Of a stretch of DNA of 64,000 bases, positions 57,808-64,000 are shown piece by piece. Location of the stretch: positions 14,530 to 78,529 of the forward strand of contig SCQQ01000014.1 in assembly GCA_004299095.1 (NCBI GenBank). The letters run 5' to 3'. The translations under genes and the position numbers were made by a program. The DNA is from Burkholderiaceae bacterium (GTDB lineage Bacteria > Pseudomonadota > Gammaproteobacteria > Burkholderiales > Burkholderiaceae_C). Position 1 is the first letter of the stretch. The number at the start of each line of letters is the position of its first letter. A model generated the notes under the pieces. It searched no databases, was not told the DNA's origin, and saw nothing but the letters and a program-made list of their open reading frames with translations.

Positions 57808-59082
57808 ATGGCCGTTTGGGCTTTAGGGCTGAACCACAACACAGCGCCGCTGGATTTACGCGGACGCTTCGCATTCGCACTGGACCAAATCGCGCCGGCG
57901 TTGGCCGGACTGCGCCAATCGCACACGCGCCATCCGGAAGCCGCCATCCTCTCCACCTGCAACCGCACCGAGGTGTATTGCGCCTCAGAAAGCGTGCAGG
58001 TCGATCACACCCTGGGCTGGCTGGCGCAAGCGGGTAACGTACCCGCCGACGCGCTGCGTGCGCATACCTACGTCATGGAAGGCGGCGAGGCCGCTCGCCA
58101 TGCCTTCCGCGTGGCGAGCGGCCTCGACAGCATGGTGCTGGGCGAGGCGCAAATCCTCGGCCAGATGAAAAAAGCGGTGCACGCGGCACAGGAGGCTGGT
58201 GCGCTCGGCACCACGCTCAACCAACTGTTCCAGCGCAGCTTTGCCGTCGCCAAGGAAGTGCGCACCAGCACCGACATCGGCACCCATTCCATCAGCATGG
58301 CCGCTGCCGCGGTGCGCCTGGCCGAGCAACTGTTCGAAGACCTGAGCCAAGTCAAGATCCTGTTCGTCGGCGCGGGCGAAATGATCGAACTGGCGGCCAC
58401 CCACTTTGCGGCGCGCGACCCCAAGGCCATCGCGATTGCCAACCGCACGCTGGAGCGCAGCGAAAAGCTCGCGAGCCGCCTGGGCGGCGAAGCGTTCCGC
58501 CTGGCCGACCTGCCCGAGCGCCTGCAGGAATTCGACGTGGTCGTGAGCGGCACCGCCAGCACCCTGCCGATCATCGGTTTGGGTGCCGTCAAGCGCACGC
58601 TCAAACAGCGCCGTCATCGCCCCATCTTCATGGTCGACTTGGCCGTGCCGCGCGACATCGAACCTGAAGTCAAGTCGCTCAACGACGTCTACCTCTACAC
58701 GGTGGACGACCTGTCGCAAGTGGTGCAAAGCGGTCATGAACGCCGTGAAGCTGCGGTCGCCCAGGCTGAAGTCATCATCGACGCCGGCGTACAAAGCTTC
58801 ATGCACTGGCTGGACCAGCGCAGTCCGGCCGACGGCGTGGTCACGCTGATCCAGCAATTGAACGCGCAGGCCGACCAATGGCGCGCGCTCGAAATCGACC
58901 GTGCCCGCAAGCGCCTGGCCAAGGGTGAAGACGTCGATGCCGTGCTGCAGGCCCTGTCGCGCGGCCTCACGCAAAAAATGCTGCACGGCGCGATGGCCGA
59001 GTTGCATGCGGCCGATGCCGACGCCCGTGCGCAAACGGCGCGAGCGATCGAGCGGTTGTTTTTGCGCGGGTTGCATCGGTAG
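57808..59082 (+). CDS. hemA: Glutamyl-tRNA reductase
   Basis: [23 protein letters not shown]...STCNRTEVY...[10 protein letters not shown]. An in-frame TAA at 57796 excludes any upstream start. Confidence 0.93.
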   Translation: MAVWALGLNHNTAPLDLRGRFAFALDQIAPALAGLRQSHTRHPEAAILSTCNRTEVYCASESVQVDHTLGWLAQAGNVPADALRAHTYVMEGGEAARHAFRVASGLDSMVLGEAQILGQMKKAVHAAQEAGALGTTLNQLFQRSFAVAKEVRTSTDIGTHSISMAAAAVRLAEQLFEDLSQVKILFVGAGEMIELAATHFAARDPKAIAIANRTLERSEKLASRLGGEAFRLADLPERLQEFDVVVSGTASTLPIIGLGAVKRTLKQRRHRPIFMVDLAVPRDIEPEVKSLNDVYLYTVDDLSQVVQSGHERREAAVAQAEVIIDAGVQSFMHWLDQRSPADGVVTLIQQLNAQADQWRALEIDRARKRLAKGEDVDAVLQALSRGLTQKMLHGAMAELHAADADARAQTARAIERLFLRGLHR

Positions 59083-59216
59083 CAGGCAGGCGCAAGCAAC
59101 CCGATCAAGCGCTGCAACGCGCACCCGAGACGACCGGATAACCGCTCGTCGGCTGTTCTCTACCTTCTGTCCGTTTCCCGGACCGCTTGCGGCATGCGTC
59201 ACGTATGCTGATCCAC

Positions 59217-59789
59217 ATGGAGAGAACAGGGAAAAATGGATTCACGCTGATCGAGATGCTGGTGGTGATCGCCATCAGCGCCATCCTTCTCGCAATCGGT
59301 GTGCCGTCGATGAAGTCATTCTTGGAACGCAACGCGGTCAGCGGGCAGGTGAATACCCTGCTCGGCACCGTGGCGCTCGCCCGTTCCGAAGCCATCAAAC
59401 GCAACGGTCCAGTTACGGTTTGCCGCAGTGAAAACGCCGAAACCAGCGATACGCCAAGCTGCGCTGGCAGCGGCAGCAACGACTGGAAGATCGGATGGAT
59501 GACCTTCCTCGATCGCGATGGAAACGGCGCTTTCGACCCCACTCAGGGCGACGTGCTGATAAGCGTGCAAGGCGCTTTCGGTGACAGTAACAGCGGCGGC
59601 ATCAAGAAAAACGCCACCAACACGCTACGCTTCCGCAATACGGGCCTGTTGAGCAGCAGCAGCACGACCTTCACCTTCCAATCGGCCTCGAAGACGCCCA
59701 GCAGGCAGCAATGCGTGACGATATCGGCCACCGGTCGCGCGCGGCTCATCGCGTCTGGCAAGAGCGGATGCGAGGTGAATACGCCATGA
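59217..59789 (+). CDS. fimT: GspH/FimT family minor pseudopilin
   Basis: Prepilin leader and cleavage motif MERTGKNG/FTLIEMLVVIAISAILLAIGVPS. GspH-type body. Confidence 0.8.
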   Translation: MERTGKNGFTLIEMLVVIAISAILLAIGVPSMKSFLERNAVSGQVNTLLGTVALARSEAIKRNGPVTVCRSENAETSDTPSCAGSGSNDWKIGWMTFLDRDGNGAFDPTQGDVLISVQGAFGDSNSGGIKKNATNTLRFRNTGLLSSSSTTFTFQSASKTPSRQQCVTISATGRARLIASGKSGCEVNTP

Positions 59790-60355
59790 CGCGCTGTCGC
59801 CGTCTCAAGACCAGCTCGCCGCAACAGCGCGGTACGACGCTTCTCGAGGTGCTGATCACGATCTTTGTGCTGTCGCTCGGATTGCTGGGCATCGCCGGAC
59901 TGACTGCGGCGTCATTGCAAAACGCAAAACTGTCGCAGTTCCAGACCATCGCCTTGCAACTCGCGAATGACTACGCCGACCGCATGCGTGGCAACGTTCA
60001 AGGCGTCACGGCAAACAACTACGAGATCACCTCTGCATACGATGGCACGACAGCCAGCGAGGCGGCCCCAGAATGTGGCGACCCCAGTCATTGCACCGCC
60101 GCGGAACTGGCCGACCTCGATCGCGCCGAATGGGTCAATAGCCTGCGCCAACGCCTCCCGGGGGGCGGGGCATACGTCACGCGCAGCGGACTGGCCGTAG
60201 ACATCTGGGTGATCTGGCAAGAGCCTGGACTGCAATACGACGACACGTCCAACCTTTCAGTCGCAGGAACCGGTGGAAGCCAGTGCCCGCCCGACGCGCT
60301 CGGCGGGTACTCCGGCGACGTGCCCGTCTGCATTTACTACCGCTTCAGCATATGA
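59786..60355 (+). CDS. pilV: Type IV pilus modification protein PilV (minor pilin)
   Basis: QRG/TTLLEVLITIFVLSLGLLGIAGL. ATGA overlap with fimT. Confidence 0.8.
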   Translation: MTRCRRLKTSSPQQRGTTLLEVLITIFVLSLGLLGIAGLTAASLQNAKLSQFQTIALQLANDYADRMRGNVQGVTANNYEITSAYDGTTASEAAPECGDPSHCTAAELADLDRAEWVNSLRQRLPGGGAYVTRSGLAVDIWVIWQEPGLQYDDTSNLSVAGTGGSQCPPDALGGYSGDVPVCIYYRFSI

Positions 60356-61314
60356 AACGAGTACGGCTTGCTGCGGCGCGCAGGCTTCAATCCGGACGGA
60401 CGCTGCTGGAGTTGATGATCGCCCTCACGATCGGACTGGTCATCCTCGCAGCGTTGGGTGTCGTGTACTTGAGTACGACCCGAACCAACCGTCAATCGGG
60501 TGACGTATCGCGCATGAGCGAAGATGCCGCGATTGCCTTCAACCTCCTGGGCATCAACTTGCGAATGGCCGGCTTCAGCCAGCCAAGAGCCTTGGTTTTG
60601 CCGGGCGGAGCGATCATCGACGGCGTAAAGCAGGTCGCCGCGGATCGGCATTTCGTTGGAGCGGCCGTACGCGGATGCGACCACGGGTTCGCGGATGTCA
60701 AGAAGGGCTTTTACGACCTGACCTGTAGCGCAGGGACCGGCCCGGCGGCGATCGCGCTCCGCTTCGAGGGTGATCGATTCAATACCGTGCCAATCGGCAC
60801 GACCCCATCTGACTGCGTCAACAACGCCGTGACCACGGCGACACCGTCCGCAATTGACGCGACGCTCACCTACGCGTTGATCGATTCCCGCTTCGTCGGC
60901 CAGATCGGCACCACCAGCAATACCCCTGAATTGCTTTGTGCCGGCAGCGGTGGTACCGGCACCGCCATCTTCAACGCCGAGCCGCTCACGCAATTCGTGG
61001 ACAACGTTCAGTTCAGCTACGGCGTCGCCGCCGACCGCGAGAGCCGCGACGTCATTCAGTACATGAGCGCCAGCCAAGTAGACGCGCTGCCCACGTCCAC
61101 CGCCAATCCGGTTCAGGTGGTGGACGGCCGCTGGTCTCGGGTGGTCAACATCAAGGCGTGCATCGTCATGCGCAGTGAGAACCGCAACCAGGCAGACACG
61201 GGCACCTACATCGATTGCGATGGCAACCCAGCAGCGTCAGCCGACGGTTACGCGCGCCGTGCCTTCAATTCCGTGTACGCCCTGCGCAATCGCAGCGGCT
61301 TCCTCACACCTTGA
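60352..61314 (+). CDS. pilW: Type IV pilus assembly protein PilW (minor pilin)
   Basis: SGR/TLLELMIALTIGLVILAALGVVY. ATGA overlap with pilV. Confidence 0.8.
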   Translation: MKRVRLAAARRLQSGRTLLELMIALTIGLVILAALGVVYLSTTRTNRQSGDVSRMSEDAAIAFNLLGINLRMAGFSQPRALVLPGGAIIDGVKQVAADRHFVGAAVRGCDHGFADVKKGFYDLTCSAGTGPAAIALRFEGDRFNTVPIGTTPSDCVNNAVTTATPSAIDATLTYALIDSRFVGQIGTTSNTPELLCAGSGGTGTAIFNAEPLTQFVDNVQFSYGVAADRESRDVIQYMSASQVDALPTSTANPVQVVDGRWSRVVNIKACIVMRSENRNQADTGTYIDCDGNPAASADGYARRAFNSVYALRNRSGFLTP

Positions 61315-61325
61315 GGCGTTCGGCT

Positions 61326-61892
61326 ATGAAACTCAGGACGACTCCTCCAGCCGCCGCTGAGCAACGCCAGCAAGGTGTCGTCCTGGTCGTGTCGCTTATT
61401 TTTCTGATCATCCTGTCGTTGGTCAGCCTCTATGTCACACGCGGGGTGATCGTCGGCGAGCAGGTATCAAAAAACATTCGCGCGAACGCAACCGCGACGC
61501 AATCCGCCGAGACCGCGCTGCGCTACTGCGAGGATCGCGTGCGCACCGCGCAGCCGCTCAACACTCTGGAGGCACCGGTCGACCTGGCCCCGGGCGCACT
61601 GCCGAGCCAATGGCAAACCCGAGTCAACTGGACCGACGGCAGCACGGTCTCTGTCCAGATTCCATCCGATCAAGTCACTGCGCAAGGCATGCGGCCACTG
61701 CCAATGCAGCCGCGTTGCATGGTAGAGCGTTTTTCACTGCCGCCGGCTCCCGGGGAAGACCCCCAATCGGTTTCGATCCTTCAGCCTCACTTGATCACGG
61801 CTGTCGGTTTTACCCGTGATTACGTCGCTGACGCCAACAACCGCCCGATCTCCGGGGGAGAGGTCTGGCTGCAATCGATTTTGATTCCATAA
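61326..61892 (+). CDS. pilX: Type IV pilus minor pilin PilX-like protein
   Basis: QQGVVLVVSLIFLIILSLVSLYVTRGV (PilX N-terminal domain) and its position between pilW and pilY1. Confidence 0.7.
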   Translation: MKLRTTPPAAAEQRQQGVVLVVSLIFLIILSLVSLYVTRGVIVGEQVSKNIRANATATQSAETALRYCEDRVRTAQPLNTLEAPVDLAPGALPSQWQTRVNWTDGSTVSVQIPSDQVTAQGMRPLPMQPRCMVERFSLPPAPGEDPQSVSILQPHLITAVGFTRDYVADANNRPISGGEVWLQSILIP

Positions 61893-61910
61893 CGAGGGAG
61901 GTCCTGCGCC

Positions 61911-64000
61911 ATGAGAAAACTGCCAATTAAAGAATGGCTAGGGTCACTCGCAACCACGATCACGTTGTTGTTCGGTTCGACACTCTGGGCAGGCCTGGCA
62001 ATTGCCGAGCCTGCGAGCCAGATGCTTCAGCAGCCGTTGCAAACTGGCGGTGGCGGCACGCCACCCAACCTGATGTTTACCCTCGACGACTCAGGCTCAA
62101 TGTGGTGGGAATGTGTGCCGGACGATCTGTGCGCGCCAGGATCTTACGGACTGGAAGCGATTCCGAGGCTCGATGACTCGGCACTCGGCAATGGCAACCG
62201 CCTTGGCACTGTCGTTTATGACGACGCGGATGTCACCCACGTCGACAAAAATAAGAAAACCGTCACGGATTGGCCAAGCAAGGCGCTACTGCTGTCTCGC
62301 CAGATGCGTTCCAGCGCCTATAACCCGCTCTATTACAACCCGGCGGTTCAATACCAGCCTTGGCTGAAAAGCGACGGGACGCGCTGGCCCAACGTGGATC
62401 CCGCGGCTGCGCCGGTCCTTCCCGGTGCGACACAGACCCAGAATCTGACTGGCGCGCAAACGATTACCGGGAACAAATGGTGTTGGGCCACAAGCACGCA
62501 GACCAACACGTCCAATTGCGCAAGCAACACAACGCAAACCGCTGTCATCGCCCGTTACTACAACATGACCGGCGCCGGCACGACCGTAAATAACTTCCTG
62601 CTCGTGCTGATTCAGCCCGGTGTCAACTTCGGGCCAAAAGCGATAGCGCGCGTCGACTGCGCCGGGGTTGCCTGCACCTACAGCGAAGAAATACAGAACT
62701 TCGCCAACTGGTACACCTATTACCGTACACGCGCACTCACCGCGATCGGAGGAACCTCGGAGGCATTTGCCGCAGTACCTGCGGACTTCCGCGTCGGTTA
62801 CGGGCGCATCAACAAGAAGTCAGGCACGGTGGACGGTGTGGGTACTTCCACGCTGGAGCGGGGCGTGCGCGCCTTCTCGGGCAAAGACAAAAGCGACTTC
62901 TACGCTTGGCTCGCGGGAAGGACGCAACCCAGCGGAGGCACGCCACTTCTGAGCGCACTGGATAACGTCGGCCAGTATTTCATGCGAAAAGACAACGGTG
63001 GTCCGTGGGGTGCAAACCCAGGCACGAATGACACGAGCTCGCATTCAGCCTGCCGGCGGTCCTTCCATGTCTTGATGACGGACGGAATGTGGAACAACGA
63101 CTCGGCAAATACCTCGGGCGCACGTACCAACGTGGACGGCTCCTCGGGGCCGACCATCACGGGACCAGGAGGATTGACCTACACCTACCAACCCGCTGCG
63201 CCATACAGCGACAAATCGTCGGGGACACTGGCCGACGTTGCCATGTATTACTGGAAAAACGATCTGCGCCCGGATCTGCAAAACGCCATCAAACCGGTGA
63301 CCAAAATGGGACAGGAAGACCCTGCGTTCTGGCAACACCTGGTGAACTACGCCATCGCGTTCGGCGTTGACGGCACGCTCGACAACCCTGGAGACTTGGC
63401 CGCGCTGAAAAATGGCAGCAAATCCTGGCCCAATCCCGGTAGCAACGGAAATACACCGGCCGCCGTCGATGACCTGTGGCATGCGGCCATCAACAGCCGC
63501 GGCCGGCTGCTCAGCGCGCGCGACTCGTCGGAATATGCCAACGCCTTGAGATCGATCATCGCCGACGTCATCAGCGTCGAGGGCAGCGAAGCGGGTCTCG
63601 GCGTTTCCAATGTGACGCTGCCTTCGGTCGGCAGTTCGACCAAAATTTACACGCCCTCTTTCTCGTCGCCAGACTGGAGCGGTGAGGTCCAGGCGCAGCT
63701 CATCGATTCCACCGGTGCGCCCACCGGCGTCGCGTGGACATCAACCACCCCGGCACATGCAAACCGCAGCGTGTTCACGTATGACCCGACCGCGACCGGT
63801 GGGCCAAAAGCGGTGCCCTTCCAGTGGGCTTCACTCAGCGCAGAAACAAAAACGGCGCTCTGGGGTTCCGCCAGCGGTGGTGAATCACTGGTGAGCTATT
63901 TGCGCGGCGATCCGACCGGTGAAAGCACCGTATACCGCGAGCGCAAATCGCGTTTGGGCGATATCGTGAATTCGACGCCAGCGTTGGTCTCCAACTTGGT
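61911..64000 (+). CDS. pilY1: PilY1 type IV pilus tip-associated adhesin, N-terminal vWA-containing part; 3' end outside the window
   Basis: My own translation of a frame open from ATG 61911 to the window edge; it is absent from the ORF track because it has no stop. Signal peptide MRKLPIKEWLGSLATTITLLFGSTLWAGLAIA. MIDAS-like LMFTLDDSGSMWWE. GGTPLLSAL, VLMTDGMWN, and ...SRLGDIVNSTP. Confidence 0.85.
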   Translation, partial: MRKLPIKEWLGSLATTITLLFGSTLWAGLAIAEPASQMLQQPLQTGGGGTPPNLMFTLDDSGSMWWECVPDDLCAPGSYGLEAIPRLDDSALGNGNRLGTVVYDDADVTHVDKNKKTVTDWPSKALLLSRQMRSSAYNPLYYNPAVQYQPWLKSDGTRWPNVDPAAAPVLPGATQTQNLTGAQTITGNKWCWATSTQTNTSNCASNTTQTAVIARYYNMTGAGTTVNNFLLVLIQPGVNFGPKAIARVDCAGVACTYSEEIQNFANWYTYYRTRALTAIGGTSEAFAAVPADFRVGYGRINKKSGTVDGVGTSTLERGVRAFSGKDKSDFYAWLAGRTQPSGGTPLLSALDNVGQYFMRKDNGGPWGANPGTNDTSSHSACRRSFHVLMTDGMWNNDSANTSGARTNVDGSSGPTITGPGGLTYTYQPAAPYSDKSSGTLADVAMYYWKNDLRPDLQNAIKPVTKMGQEDPAFWQHLVNYAIAFGVDGTLDNPGDLAALKNGSKSWPNPGSNGNTPAAVDDLWHAAINSRGRLLSARDSSEYANALRSIIADVISVEGSEAGLGVSNVTLPSVGSSTKIYTPSFSSPDWSGEVQAQLIDSTGAPTGVAWTSTTPAHANRSVFTYDPTATGGPKAVPFQWASLSAETKTALWGSASGGESLVSYLRGDPTGESTVYRERKSRLGDIVNSTPALVSNL

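Overview
High-GC (roughly two-thirds G+C by eye) chromosomal segment whose gene content and order look beta-proteobacterial (Burkholderiales/Comamonadaceae-like; this placement is inference). It is almost wall-to-wall housekeeping and transport genes. In order: tamB 3' end; TetR/MaoC/MFS; a MOSC-FNR-ferredoxin fusion; a Liv-type ABC uptake operon; tRNA-Arg(CCT); a lone gspF; a decayed Phd/VapC toxin-antitoxin pair; a PF06189-type 5'-nucleotidase; a second Liv-type operon; a cyanophycin locus (DUF1854, ABC exporter, CphA' and CphA); pagL; nnrS; DUF3460-scpA; the gpsA-secB-grxC-rhodanese string; gpmA; ctp; moeB; a tight 8-gene string (yqjD/E/K-like, nudB, EEP, folE, BLUF, DUF3108); FmdB-DUF502-aspS; ubiB-ubiJ-ubiE-DUF971; an AI-2E transporter; ugpBAECQ; hemA; and a minor-pilin operon fimT-pilVWX-pilY1 that runs off the 3' edge. 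I found no CRISPR array, transposase, integrase, prophage or rRNA. I do not see an obviously new multi-gene system such as a defence island. The most interesting candidates are: (1) the cyanophycin module, whose ABC exporter and DUF1854 partner have no known function, and whose CphA' has an intact ATP-grasp domain but a degenerate, truncated Mur-ligase domain; (2) a short BLUF blue-light receptor translationally abutted to folE inside the nudB/folE pterin string; (3) an unusual repeat-bearing, self-complementary 138-nt spacer between ugpE and ugpC; (4) an eroded Phd/VapC pair wedged between gspF and the 5'-nucleotidase gene. Smaller points are a probable leaderless hemA, an scpA with no canonical start codon, and AT-rich palindromes upstream of nnrS and the MFS gene. 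All family assignments come from reading the translated ORFs. No database search was run.
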